A stretch of 63,065 nucleotides of DNA, filler included, from Octopus bimaculoides (GCF_001194135.2; 7 parts of 6 records of this genome joined end to end with filler, not necessarily neighbours in it), one strand, 5' to 3'; shown: positions 48,735 through 62,002, counted from the first letter of the whole stretch. The notes: generated by a model not told the origin, from the letters alone. Program-made: numbers and translations.

Positions 48735-50205
48735 ACACTTTTATTACCATATTTCTCTTGAAATACAGTGCTTTGGTTTCAACTAATTTTGAAAATAAGG
48801 AAGAATTTAATACAGTATCATTTTTGAGCTGGTATTTGGATTATAAGCTAACATAGGATTTTGATGGCAGATTTTAATTTACCGTAAAAACCCATGCAAT
48901 TTACACATTTTTTTTTTTTTTTTTTGGCAAGAATAAAATTAAACTTTAGGGATGCATAAATTACATGAGTAAATTGTTTCCAGAATATTTTTAGAAATTT
49001 TTCTTGGTGAAAAAAGACGTACAAAACATAAATATTTGTACTGGAATTTGACTCATTTAGTGTCAGAATAGGTTTTTTTACAGAAAAAATAAGCACTTAA
49101 ATATAATGAAATTGACTTTTATTTATGCTGGATGGTATAATGCTTACTTTTTCTGTATAAATTTACTAAAACCATTAAATGGTTAACTACATCTTGAAGT
49201 CTGACAACCATGCTGGTAATCACGGTCTGAGTCATATTTTACATATTTTATTCAGTTGAGTAAAGTGTCATCCAAGCTGATATTAATTGGTAATTAAACT
49301 TAATTTGCAACACCTGTGCGTATTTATCACCATTGTTTTTGTTGATAATTCTTATCAACAACTTTTCCTGTGATCATGATTTGAGAAGACATACAACAGT
49401 ATGCTAAAGATTTGACAAAATCTCTTGTGGGCAAGAAATGTAAAATATAGTTTATCATAAACAACATAAACACTTTGTAATTTAATAGGTTTTAATGTGA
49501 TACTTGTTAAACAGAAATTATTTTTATTTAATGAAAATTTAATAAAATCTAATCATAAGTAAGTAAAATTATGCTAAATACAACTAAATCGGAAACTTTT
49601 TTTCCCTGGCCATATTGGCAATTCGGAAAACTTTTGGGCGTGAATTTTACATGAGTAGAAGCATTTTTTAACAATTTTTATCCTGAAAATCACCTGTGTA
49701 ATTTACACAGGTGTGCAAATTACATGGGGTCTTATGGTAAATCAGTTTATGACAGGATGGGCTCATGCAGGCTCGTATTAAAATGTTTGACCTTTTTGTT
49801 ACCATATTTTTGTTGAAATGCATGACCTTTATTTCAATTCATTTTGAAAATAATAAAGAATTTTGTAAAATAACTTTGATATTATTGACTTTGCAACATA
49901 AATTGACATGAAATTTTGATGGAAGATTTTAATTTAAATCAATTCACAACCAGAATTTTGTATCATAGAACCAAGAATGGGCTCATGCAGGTTGGTATTA
50001 AAAGGTCTGACTCTTTTATTACCATATTTCTGTTAAAATACAGTCCCTTGGTTTCAACTAATTTTGAAAATAATGAAGAATTTAATACAATATCATTTTT
50101 CAGTTGGTGATTGGAATATAAATTGACATAAAATTTTGATGGAAGATTTTAATTTAAATTGGTTTACAACAGGAAGTTTGTATCATAGAACCAAGGATGG
50201 GTCAA
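48735..50205 (+). repeat. Three head-to-tail copies of a roughly 220-bp MITE-like unit
   Basis: The unit TTACCATATTT..TTGAAAATAA..GATGG.AGATTTTAATTT..ATCATAGAACC starts at about 48745, 49800 and 50020. Confidence 0.75.
48882..49737. mobile_element. 856-bp non-autonomous Tc1/mariner-superfamily element with TA TSD
   Basis: Left end TA|CCGTAAAAACCCATGCAATTTACACA matches the reverse complement of the right end, TA|CCATAAGACCCCATGTAATTTGCACA. A related right end lies at about 37850-37887. Confidence 0.75.
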
Positions 50206-50493
50206 CCTTGGCAGAATTTGAACTCTGAACGTAAAGACAGATGAAATACCGCTAAGCATTTCACTGGACATGCTAATGTTTCTGCCAGCTTGCCATCTTA
50301 AAAGAATTATTGTTATTATCATCATTATTATTATTATTATCATCATTATTATTATTATGGTAGCAAGCTGGCAAAATCATTAGTGTGCCACCTTTAAGTT
50401 CTGATTTCAAATTCTGTTGAGGTAGGTTTCGCCTTTCATCATCGATTTACCCCTTACTCAAAATCACTGGCCTTGTGCCAAAATTTGATCTTG

Positions 50494-50539
<46 letters not shown>

Positions 50540-52964
50540 TATAATTTCATTTGTTGTATCTGGAGGAAAGAGCTGTTTCCATGACCTTTAGAGGCCCTTT
50601 GAGACCTTTTAAACCATTCAGCTTGATGACCTTCATGTTCTGTTCAAACTGTTACACAAAATACATGAGCTGGACGAAGACTCCAGAGGGATGATATTCT
50701 GTGAAGGTATAGTGGTTGCTGGTAGTGAGAGGCCATCAGGGCTAGATGCAACAAGGATGCTGAGATGTCGAGAGATGAATGGGTCCGGGGAGCCTGGGTG
50801 GTTGAGGTATGAGCAGGCCAAGATTAAGTGTTTAGAGTTATGAAATCAACCATCTCCATGGGACAGAGGTCATTATGGTAGCAGTAGAAACCACAGAGAA
50901 CAGAGACACTTTGCTTGTGAGCCAGAGGATGTTATATGTCCATTAATGATTGAGTACCAATCAGTTAAGTGATCCTTTTCTGGATTCTGTCAGACTTAAT
51001 TGAGCAAACTTATGATTACGGACATTCCAACAATGACCATCCTATCTTTGTTTTTTTCATAAAAAACATTAAAAAATAGGAAATTATTTGAGGTTTAATT
51101 TGACAGCTACTACAAGCAAACCAAACAACTGTGTGGTATTAGGGATTACCTCATTGGCTCATATTTAGAATAAATCTTCAGTTCAGTTCTTTTTTAATAA
51201 ACAGGAGACCCATATAAGGTGACAGCTGCACCGTTAATTACTGATTGGACAATTAGATATTCTCAGCAATGCTTAATTGCATGAAGATCATTAAATCAGG
51301 AATCTGTATGGCATTATTAGAATCTATATATTATTACATACATACATAAATGCATAAATTCAAAACACATATGCATGTATGTTTGTATGTGTATGTATGT
51401 GTGTATATATACACACATGGGTATATATTGAATATGTATTTGGGGTATATGACATAAGGTAAACTGATTATCATAATTGGGGGAATTTATAACATAAGCT
51501 GTTACATAAGTCTATTAAAATGAAATTTCATGCCTTTATTCAGCCATGTCCAACCATATCAAATGCAATCTGTTTTAGTTCATGACCAGCCAGATCTAAC
51601 CTGTTACACATACTCTACAATGTCTTTCTAGAAGTATACAATCACATCAGCAAAATTTTAAACCATTGCTGCTGAATGCTTTTTGTCTGCTATTGGTACA
51701 CTTTTGGGCCTTGTTTGGCATGATGTGCCTATACAAGCTTTCTCAACATGAATACCACAGTTTTGTGGCTTTCTGTAAGTATAACCCTATTAAGTAAGAT
51801 GTACAGATGAATATTATGAATCAATATTGTTTGTCTCTATCAACGAATTTTTACCCAGCTTGCCAGTTATTTGTGACACCAGTGATTTCTAAATCTGTGT
51901 TTTTCTATATCAGGGGGGATTAAATCTGTCTGAGCCCCACCTGCAAGGTCATGTGCTGTTTATCTTGATATGAGATCACCACGTCGCGCACATATGGTTG
52001 TGATACATGTACCTGGTGTACCCTTATCAGACGAGTAGTCCTGATGGGTATACTGGGCTTCGTGTATTTTACCCCAGTGTCACTTTGATGGCATGCACTG
52101 CTATCTCACTCAATAATAATAATGAAATTTAGATAAAATGTCAAATGTTTTGGTGCATGACTTTTGGCTCCTCCTGTATGTATACAGATACACAAACATA
52201 TATTTATATATATACATACGCACCCACGCAATTATTTGTATATAAAGTATGGCAAAAAAAACAGCCTATTTTATATAGCCATTGCTATTGTGTTAGAGAG
52301 GTTAAGCCAGTACAAATGGTATCTTCATTTAGCTGATGTCTTTTTTTCTTTTTTTCTTTTTATAGTTGTCATTAAGATATGTATTCATGAGGTAAATTCA
52401 TGAACAAATGTCATGGTCTCATGAATACATATTTTAATTAGACTTTAATTGGACTGCTTCTCTCTTTTCTTTTATAGTTGTCATTAACAAATGAAGAGAA
52501 TCGGTCTCATGAATACATATTTTAATTGGACTTTAATTGAACTGTTCCTCTCTTAGACAATATGAATTATAATAATATCAGTATAACTGTTGAATAATGT
52601 CCTTACATGGTTACATCTGTTTAACCTCTCCTACTCCGATGACAGAATACTAGACACATGGAATCTTTGCTTGACATGAAGTTCCTATAGGTAGGATATT
52701 CTTGAAACAGCTGTTAGAGACTGTATACACCTTTTTGTTATGTTATCATACCGCTGAATTAAATGTCTTTGTCAAATCTTACCAAACTGTTTACCTCTTC
52801 GTTTCTGTTTTAATCTGTACTCTTCATTCCATCTTGAAATCGATGGAAACTTTAATAAGCTGACAGTGACCATACAACTCATAGTTTAGCAATGGAAATT
52901 GCTAAATATACAAATAAAAATCAAAGAATATAAGGAATGGAAATGCTAAATAAAGACTATATGT

Positions 52965-53141
52965 GTTTCATAGCTAAACTTAATGTGTTACATAACTTGT
53001 AACATGAGTTAGGTAACTCATTCACTCTTCCCTTCTCCATGTAACAATTAAACAACTTGAAAGTAATCAGACTTGAGGATTAGCTAAACAATGTTTGTAT
53101 ATGTTACAAGTTATGTAACACATAATGCTTAGCTATGAAAC
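52965..53141. repeat. 177-bp MITE-like element with 42-bp inverted arms
   Basis: GTTTCATAGCTAAACTTAATGTGTTACATAACTTGTAACAT matches the reverse complement GTTTCATAGCTAAGCATTATGTGTTACATAACTTGTAACAT. Confidence 0.8.
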
Positions 53142-53183
53142 CGAGATAAGGCTTAATTTACTTTTTTCATTCCTAACTTTCTT

Positions 53184-53228
<45 letters not shown>

Positions 53229-56200
53229 TATATATATGACTCTGTCAGTGCAGGTGCCACTTAAAAATATCCAGTCCACGGTGGAAAGTGGTTAACATTT
53301 GGAAGGGCATCCTGCTGTAAAAACCTTTGGCAAAACTGACTTCGCCTGTGCTTGCACCACGTAAAAAGCACAAAGTCCACTCTTTTGGGTGGTTGGTGCT
53401 AGGAAGGGCATGCAGCTGTAAAATTCCTGCCACAACAGTCACAGAAGTCTGGTGGAGGCTTCTGCCTGGCCAACTCCTGTCAAACCATCCCACCCATGCC
53501 AGTATGGAAGGCAGACATTAAACAATGATGATGATGATGATGATGATATACATATATATACATACATACATGCATGCATAGATAAATATATACATATATA
53601 TAAATATGAATGTGTATATATATATACTGTGTGATATGATTTTTGACAAGTACTATAATGCTTGATCAGTTAAGAGAGTAAAGAAACTTTGTGAAATGCA
53701 ACTACCCAGAGTTCCTCGGTGAAGTATGATTTTATTTTGCTATCCATCAAGCTGAGCCATCTGGAAACTAAGTGTGGCTTCAATCATAGTTCCATGCTTA
53801 CAGGATCTCATCAGTATTGTTGCTAGCTAGTGCAATGCATCTTTTCTCAGTTTACATATAAATCTAGCCAATATCCAGCATAAACCCTCTGGTGGTATGT
53901 AATTGGTGAATAGTAGACAAGGAACATTACATGGACTCTTGAATGATTTAATTCTATAAAAGAAAGTATTTCTAGCTTTGTTTTAAAACAGTTTGGAGGG
54001 AGTGGAGAAGTTTAACGGTAGAGGAAACATGTTCATTTAACAATTGAGTTAAGCTTGTATGTTAACTCCAGCAGGATATAGCACTAAGATTGCTTTCTCG
54101 AGCAAGGAGTAATATTAGCTTAGAGGTTCCAAAATACAGTATATTGAGAAAGCAGATAGATAGATAGATCGATCGATTGATACATAGGTAGATGGACAGA
54201 CAGAGACAGACAGACAGATAGATAGATATAGAGATAAGTGTGTATGTAGAAAAGGAAGAAGACAGACAATAAGTGAGAGCTTAAGAGAGAGAGAGAGAGA
54301 GAGAGAGTGGAATATCAGAAGAGAATGTAATATAAATTGAGAAAGAGAGAGGGTAAGAGAGAGATTGAGAGAAGTCAATTATATTAAACAAATGATTATT
54401 TCATCAATCTAACATAGTTTTGCATTTATATATGCACATATATACCTATACACTCATATGTACATATATATATATATGTGTATATATATATATNNNNNNN
54501 NNNNNNNNNNNNNNNNNNNNNNNNNNNNNNNNNNNNNNNNNNNNNNNNNNNNNNNNNNNNNNNNNNNNNNNNNNNNNNNNNNNNNNNNNNNNNNNNNNNN
54601 NNNNNNNNNNNNNNNNNNNNNNNNNNNNNNNNNNNNNNNNNNNNNNNNNNNNNNNNNNNNNNNNNNNNNNNNNNNNNNNNNNNNNNNNNNNNNNNNNNNN
54701 NNNNNNNNNNNNNNNNNNNNNNNNNNNNNNNNNNNNNNNNNNNNNNNNNNNNNNNNNNNNNNNNNNNNNNNNNNNNNNTATCAATGCACACTTTCAAGAT
54801 AAGAAATATTATGGTGGTTTCTTGTAGTGATAGTTGTTGCCACAATTGTTGTTGTTGTTGTTGTTACTCTCTTTGCTATAGTATCTAGTTTTTCTGTACT
54901 CTACCTGATCCCACTCCATCCAACAAGAATAACCAACGCTCTCCTTACACCAACCCTCACACATGCCAACCTACCCAACAGCCTGCCTGGTGGCCAAAAA
55001 AAGGAAATTGCCAACCACAAAAGACAAACATAAAAGCCTATTCTACCATAAGCTTTAAACATGAATGAACGAAGAGGGAAAAATTTCTTAGCAAATAAAA
55101 ATAATTATGATAATAATAATGATAATAATAACAACAACAATGATGATGATGATGATGATGATGAGAACCTAAGGTATTTTTCGATGCTGTTACTATTATG
55201 ATTATTATTATTATTATTTTTCTTTTTTTCTGAGCAAAAAAAGAATATCATATTCACAAAAGAAAAAAAAAGAAAAGAAAAAGAAAGAAAGAAAATTCAT
55301 TAAAATTGAATTTGGATGAAAAAAATATGTTTGATTGTGGCTGAAGATGTTAACAAGAAGCAGATGCTTTGAGGATTCAGGTTTCCTCAGAAGAATTTTA
55401 CCATTTTAAATTATAGATATGATGTAATTCTATTATTATAATGATTAACGTTCTTATCCATTGCTCTTGTGGCAAATAAAAGATGTAATGATGATGATGA
55501 TGATGATGAAGAGGAGGAGGAGGAGGCGGGGGGATTTCAATAATAATAATAATAATAATAAACTTGGTGCTAGTATGACCAGCATGTTGAATGATCTTAT
55601 AGAAACTTCCACAAAGATAGCTATCCTTTCAGGTGACCATATGGTACCCCATACATTGATGATATAGTACCCCATCTACTAATCATATGGTATCCCACTG
55701 AACTGCTTCATTTATAGTTACTAGTAACGAAATTGCAAATCTAAAAATGACAATATAGAAATACCATTGACGGTGGCTATTAGTTACTTCAACAGCTTCT
55801 ATATTTACTTAGCTGCCATCATATCTGTTAATCACAAGTTGAATCATATCTGTTGATCTCAAAACATTAACTACAAACTATAATTCTGCTGCCAATTCTA
55901 ACAACAAATTTTTAGGTACACACTTCTCATTTTAAATGTGTAAGATTTACGTTTCTGTTGGTTTTTTTTTTTTGGGTTTTTTTTTTATCAAATATTCATA
56001 TTTGTATTTATATTTCTCTATCTTTCTGTTTCTTTCGCTATTTCTGTCAATCTCTAAACTCACTGTCTCCAACTCAGCACAATAGCTCTCTGCAGACTTT
56101 TTGAAACGTTATGCTATTAGTTAAGAATGAATGTAAAAGAAACCCATAAAAATAATAATAACTAACAAAACAAAAAACAGAAAACATATTTGATATCAGA

Positions 56201-56248
56201 TAAAAGCGAAGAGGGTGAGTGAACAAACAAAGAAGAGAAGGAGTAAGC

Positions 56249-56279
<31 letters not shown>

Positions 56280-57078
56280 ATTTGTTCAGTTGGTACTTGC
56301 TAGAAGGAATTGGGCGAGAAGGAATTGAAAGAGAGCAAAACAAGGAAAAAGAACAAAGAAAGCAAGTAAGAAAGAAAGATGTAATAAACTGAGGAAAGAC
56401 AATAAGGATCTATAACAAAAAAAAAAGAAAATGGAAAATATATCAATGAAAATCTTTGAAAGTGTTAAGGACATTCTCCATTTCAAGTTCTTCAGTTATG
56501 TTTCTTTTTTTTTAAATACAGCGAATATCAGTGAAAAAAAACAACAACTTGATACAAGAGATATAATGTGCAATGAGTTGGTCTTGAGGCAAATTTACAA
56601 AATATAGAAGTGCTGGTTCCAATTTCATAGATAATATTTGCTTAAGTAGTTCCTCATACAGTTCTTTAAAGCTTCTCTGGATTTGGTTAACGGCAGTGTG
56701 TGTGCGTGTGTGTGTGAATGTGTGCATGTGTTGTTTTGGTGGTGGTTCCTTGGTGTGTGCGTGTGTTTTGATAGCTCAATGGTATGTTTTGTTGCGTGTA
56801 TGTGTGTGTGTGTCTATGCATTGTATATATGTGTTGGTGGCTCCTTGATGTGTGTATACACCCAGAACCACACTAATAGCTCAGGAGTGAAATTTAGGAT
56901 TTCTCGGTTTTCTGTGAATCAATTCTGATAAACTTTTTCCCAGCTGGTTTGTACACTATGGCAGCACCATTGTTGTATTTTCATTATTCTGTGTAACGTT
57001 CTTTCTTTTTTATTTTAGATTCTTCTGTTTTTGGGTGAACCACGCTAATAGCATCTCTCCTCTCTAAGAACAACGAGA

Positions 57079-57530
57079 TATGGAAAAGGCTTTAACGATG
57101 AAGAATAGTCTGTTGTAATCAAGGAAAGGCCTAAAGGCACCTCTCTTCATGTCATTGCAGAGAAGTTAGGTCCACCATGTGGACACAGTTAGACGATTCC
57201 TGAAGGACCCTTCGTCAAGGAAGAAACGATCTGATTGTGGGATCTCCAAGACTGTAACAGCTAGTGATTTAAGGAATATTGACCACAAGTTACATGGGAA
57301 ACCTGGACAAACAAGCAAAGCCATTTCCACCACCTCCGGACTTCCTCATGTACTGAAAACCACCAGAAATCACATCATCATGACCATGGCTTCCATGCAA
57401 GAACCCCTGAATCTACCTTCTTTAATACACCATCACAGGAATTTGAGGTTTCAATGGGCCCAAAAGTAGACATGAATTGTGCTCCCTTCACTGACGAAAC
57501 CAGGGCAACTCTTAACATTTGGGAAAATGG
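57079..57530 (+). pseudogene. Tc1/mariner transposase N-terminal fragment (TRT/DD37E-like)
   Basis: IAEKL..HVDTVRRFLKDPSSRKKRSDCG..RNLRFQWAQK..PFTDETRATL. The catalytic C-terminus is missing, so DDE spacing cannot be counted. Confidence 0.6.
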
Positions 57531-57894
57531 TTAGTTATGGAGGAATGAGAGGAAAGAATGGCTGTGTGCAAGATGGGAGAGGCAGCTGAAAGAGCTCCTT
57601 GTTGGCTTTAGAGCAAGAAAGAGGAGTTAAGCTGAAAGCCAGGAGGAGGTGAGGAGTAGTGATTTGGCCATGTCTACTGACCCACCAACGAGACGGTGTT
57701 ACGGTTCAGGGTCAAAACACCCACTGAATGTTAGATACCATCTGATGACATCAGTTCTTCCTGGCCAAAGCTCCATTTACTTTGGTGAGTGGAAAAAGCA
57801 CCTCCTTATAGGTATTATTAATGTATACATATATATATATATATATTTATCACAAGACACACACACATATATATTATAATATATATATATATAT

Positions 57895-58224
57895 ATATGG
57901 GAGAATGTACGAAAAAACAACAACAGACGAGGACAGGTGGTGTAAATAACAAAAGGATGTATTAGTATGACGCTCGGGAATACGGAAAGTCCTTGACGTT
58001 TCGAGCTATGCTCTTCAACAGAAAGAATACGGAGACAAGGAGAAAAACATGGAGAAAAAAAATTGAATAGTGTTCAGTCAACGGTCAATCATAATAATGG
58101 CTTACCGGAAGTTAGAAATTCTTTTTTCAGGAGAGCTAAGAAAAGGGGGAGATAACAAACGGTGATCGAAGAACGAGGGGCTGTGTGTGTGGGAGATAGA
58201 ATGCTGGTGATCTTGACATATGTA
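57895..58224 (-). mobile_element. Penelope-like terminal repeat, same family as 16050-16240, with hammerhead-like motif (57990-58026)
   Basis: Minus strand TCTTT-CTGTTGA-A-GAGC ATA GCTC-GAAA CGTC-AAGGA. The downstream 100 bp align with 16140-16235. Confidence 0.55.
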
Positions 58225-58371
58225 NNNNNNNNNNNNNNNNNNNNNNNNNNNNNNNNNNNNNNNNNNNNTTAATTAATTAANNNNNNNNNNNNNNNNNNNN
58301 NNNNNNNNNNNNNNNNNNNNNNNNTGCTCCAGCATGGCCGCAGTCAAATGACTGAAACAAGTAAAAGAGTT

Positions 58372-59645
58372 GAAACGATACAAAAATATGTACATCCTAG
58401 GGAATTATTTGGTATTTTCAATATTCAGTGTGACCGCCCTTGGTTTCAATGACTGCATTAAGTCTTCTGGACACAGAGTCGACTAAATTTCCGTATGTAA
58501 CCGATGAAATCGACCTCCATTCATCCTGAATGATGCCTTTCAACTGTGTTACATTGCAGGTTTTTTCTCTCTTCAACCTTCTTTTTCAAGACATCCGGCA
58601 AATGTTCTATTGGGTTTAAACCAGATGACATGTTAGGCCAAGGCAATACTTTTACCTTTTTTATCTGATAAAAACTTAGTCGTCATCTTTGAAGTGTGTT
58701 TAGGGTCATTGCCATGTTGGAACATGGAATGTCTTCCTAGATCCTTGATGCTTTTCAACATTGTTTTCTGCAATATGTCACTATAAAACCTTGAATCCAT
58801 TGTTCTCTCAATGTAAATCCTCCCACACCAGCCGCACTCATGCATCTCCAACCACAACACTTCCGCCGGCGTGTTTCACGGTAGGTACGGTGCGTTTGTC
58901 GCTATTATCTTCGCCTCGTCGTCGCCATACTCGTTTAATACCATCTTACCCAAACAAGTTGATTTTAGTTTTGTCACAAAAATAATTTTATTCCAAAACT
59001 CCTTCCCCTTACTCACATAGGTTTTGACAAAAGAAAGACGACTTGATTTATGTCTGGTAGTGAGGAGAAGCTTCCTACGACGAATGCGTCCATGAAGTCC
59101 ACCCTGGTTCAAACTTCGGCGGACTGTTTGGTGGGATACACTTTCTACACTAACAGAAGACACTTCTTGGGCCAAAGATGAAGCGGTACGACGCCTGTCG
59201 TCCATCACGCAACGTTGGATGTGGCGAATATCACGAGCATTTAAAATAGAAGGACAACCTATATGATGTTTATTGCTTAGCCGTCCGGTAGCTTTGTACT
59301 TCTGAATTACATTGATAACTGTGTTTACGCTAATATGTATTCGTTTACTAATTAACTTGTATCCTAAACCATTCTTGTGCAAATTAAAAATAATTTTCTT
59401 CAAGTCTTCAGACAACTCTTATTCTTTTGGTGCCATGTTAATCACAATGAAGATTTCCACCACGGTACACAAATTAGAATTCCTGCAGATGCAGTAACAA
59501 TGACCGGTGCAAAAAGTACCAGGAGAAATAATTTATTACAATTCAAATTTACAGCAATATCTGAATTTAGTAAAAAAAAGGTGGATGAAATATTGAATAC
59601 AGCAAATTTCCTTCATGGTGCACATATTTTTGTAACGTTTGAAAT
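58372..59645 (-). mobile_element. Tc1-like (DD34E) transposon with pseudogenised transposase (58418-59436)
   Basis: MAPKE*ELSEDLKK..LGYKLISKR..RRKLLLTTRHKSSRLSF..VKHAGG..FQHGNDPKHTS..WPNMSSGLNPIEH..GGHTEY*. Spacing is 34 after correcting one frameshift, and the 2nd Asp is mutated to Gly. Imperfect inverted repeats lie at 58372-58425 and 59590-59642. Confidence 0.9.
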
Positions 59646-59949
59646 TTAATATTTCGTTCAAATCTTTGAAAATGTTTATTGTTTTGTATTCCAAATTTGT
59701 ATAATGATTGCATGCATAATATATTTTATTCAGTAAATTCCGCCGAAGTCGACTTTGCCTTTCATCCTTTCGGGGTCGATAAATTAAGTACCAGTCACGT
59801 ACTTGGGTCGATCTAATCGACTGGGCCATTCCTCCAAAATTTCGGGCCTTGTGCCTAGAGTAGAAAAGAATATATTTCATTCAGTATAGATTTCGTTTGA
59901 TTTCCTTCGAATGGCAATTTACTGAAATTTATTTAAAGGTGAGATACTG

Positions 59950-60010
<61 letters not shown>

Positions 60011-60032
60011 TACACATCTATCTATCTATCTA

Positions 60033-60332
60033 TGGACGCGTCTGAAAGGTCTAGAGACAAAGACTTTCCTCTCTGGGCAATCTCTCATCAACTTCTTCAA
60101 GTATCACCTGAAGAGGAAGGTGAGAGTAGAAAGGGAAGTCTTGTCTAGTAAATGCTTAAAAAAAAAAGATGGGTGAATGTAGCAAGGATGGCACGTGTGA
60201 ATGACGGAGCCATCTTGAGCATAACCCTATGAACTAGAAAAAGAAAAACAAAAAGGCAAAAGAGAGTCACTTACTGTTATAATTTCTTCAATGACAATAT
60301 TGACCAAGGTTACCGTGGTCTTTTCCGTAGGC
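60033..60332 (+). mobile_element. 3' end of Tx1/L1-like LINE (same family as 2300-5063)
   Basis: WTRLKGLETKTFLSGQSLINFFKYHLKRKVRVEREVL aligns with TRLKGLETDPFLFCQALVNF at about 5000-5060. Confidence 0.75.
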
Positions 60333-60610
60333 NNNNNNNNNNNNNNNNNNNNNNNNNNNNNNNNNNNNNNNNNNNNNNNNNNNNNNNNNNNNNNNNNNNN
60401 NNNNNNNNNNNNNNNNNNNNNNNNNNNNNNNNNNNNNNNNNNNNNNNNNNNNNNNNNNNNNNNNNNNNNNNNNNNNNNNNNNNNNNNNNNNNNNNNNNNN
60501 NNNNNNNNNNNNNNNNNNNNNNNNNNNNNNNNNNNNNNNNNNNNNNNNNNNNNNNNNNCATTATATTTGTCCCATCTTTGTTGAGCCCTGTGTGGCTAAT
60601 AAAAGAAATG

Positions 60611-60706
<96 letters not shown>

Positions 60707-60711
60707 CTCAC

Positions 60712-61028
60712 ACACAGCATGCGATGGGTAAATTGTCGTATTTTTTTATCTTTAATTTTGCGCATGCGCATTGCTTGTTTTTGATTTTGTCAACTAGTAT
60801 GGTAGGGTCAGTCGGGCACCGTCTGTGAGAAAAACAGTACCATGACGCAATTCACTATGCCAAAAATTTGGAAACGACATGCCGTACTGCTTGGCATTCG
60901 CGCTGTAATCTCCAATATGAACATTTCAGAGTGTTTGGGTATCGGTATGAGGCCAGTGCAGAGGATCCGGAAAGAGTTAGATGAGTCTTATGGTGATTAC
61001 GAAAACTCACTCTGATCGTTCTGATAAG
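60712..61028 (+). mobile_element. 5' end of second maT (DD37D) copy, truncated by gap
   Basis: ACCATGACGCAATTCACT..GGAAACGAC..CACTCTGATCGTTCTGATAAG aligns with 33992-34192. This copy retains its own 5' leader. Confidence 0.85.
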
Positions 61029-61611
61029 NNNNNNNNNNNNNNNNNNNNNNNNNNNNNNNNNNNNNNNNNNNNTTAATTAATTAANNNNNNNNNNNNNNNN
61101 NNNNNNNNNNNNNNNNNNNNNNNNNNNNAGCGTGACACAGAGTGTGACACGGCTGACCCTTTGAATTACAGGCACAACAGAAACAGGAAGTAAGAGTGAG
61201 AGAATGTTGTGGTGAAAGAGTACAGCAGGGTTCACCACCATCCCCTGCCGGAGCCTCGTGAAGCTTTAGGTGTTTTCGCTCAATAAACACTCACAACGCC
61301 CGGTCTGGGAATCGAAACCGCGATCCTATGACCGTGAGTCTGCTGTCCTAACCACTGGGCCATTGCGCCTCCACATCCTGTTTGTTATAACGATAAATAA
61401 TACCTTTTGGAATGTGAGAACATTTTTATAAACAAGCATTGAAGCTTTCGAGTGAGTTGGTATTGTAGAAATGAAGGAAATCTCGAACGCGGGAAAATAG
61501 TTGTGAAAACAGCGTAGAGGATCGGGTAAAACACCTTTATATACACGTATGTGTGTGTGTTTGTGTTTGTGTTTGTCCTGCCCACCCTCCGCTTGACAAC
61601 CTGTGGGACAT

Positions 61612-61775
61612 TAGAGCCTCTACTCCAGACATAAGTGGCTTCTCAACGTCTTCCACATTTGTAGCTTGAGACGTATTTTAAATATCAAGTGGACCCACTG
61701 AACCATCAACATTGAAGTCCTCAACCGCGCCAAGAAACCCAGCATATTCAGCCCTGTTCCAACAGCACAGTCTTG
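61612..61775 (+). mobile_element. RTE/BovB-like LINE fragment inside a SINE
   Basis: FHICSLRRILNIKWTH*TINIEVLNRAKKPSIF matches the RTE motif FH..CLR.IL.I.W.D...N.EVL.RA..PSI. Confidence 0.7.
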
Positions 61776-61900
61776 GCAAAACGAGACCGATAAAATAAGT
61801 GTCAGGTTTAAACAAATTAATAAATACTGGAGAAGGGATGGGGGTGGAGTCGATTCGTTCGACTACATTCCCTACAAGGCATTGCCCCAGCTTGGTCACA

Positions 61901-62002
61901 GTGTAATGTCGGTTGCTTCTGATAGGACTCTATGGAGGAGGTGCCCGAGGATTCTATACCCACGATCCACCTAGGAATAGTGGACGGAGAAGACAGACAG
62001 AT
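61901..62002 (+). mobile_element. 102-bp 5'-truncated RTE insertion flanked by a 49-bp duplication
   Basis: The insert aligns with the RTE 3' end at about 30355-30455. The flanks 61852-61900 and 62003-62051 differ at one base. Confidence 0.8.

Noticed and set aside
51632-51778. Open hydrophobic frame between an AG and a GTAAGT donor
   Set aside because: It is under 50 codons, with a modest acceptor and no recognisable homology.
56540-56690. Minus-strand ORF RSFKELYEELLKQILSMKLEPALLYFVNLPQDQLIAHYISCIK
   Set aside because: It looks protein-like but has a weak donor site, no recognised family and a length expected by chance.
61310-61373. tRNA-like sequences (also 9211-9275, 23685-23750)
   Set aside because: They are SINE heads continuing into repeat bodies, with no complete cloverleaf or acceptor stem.
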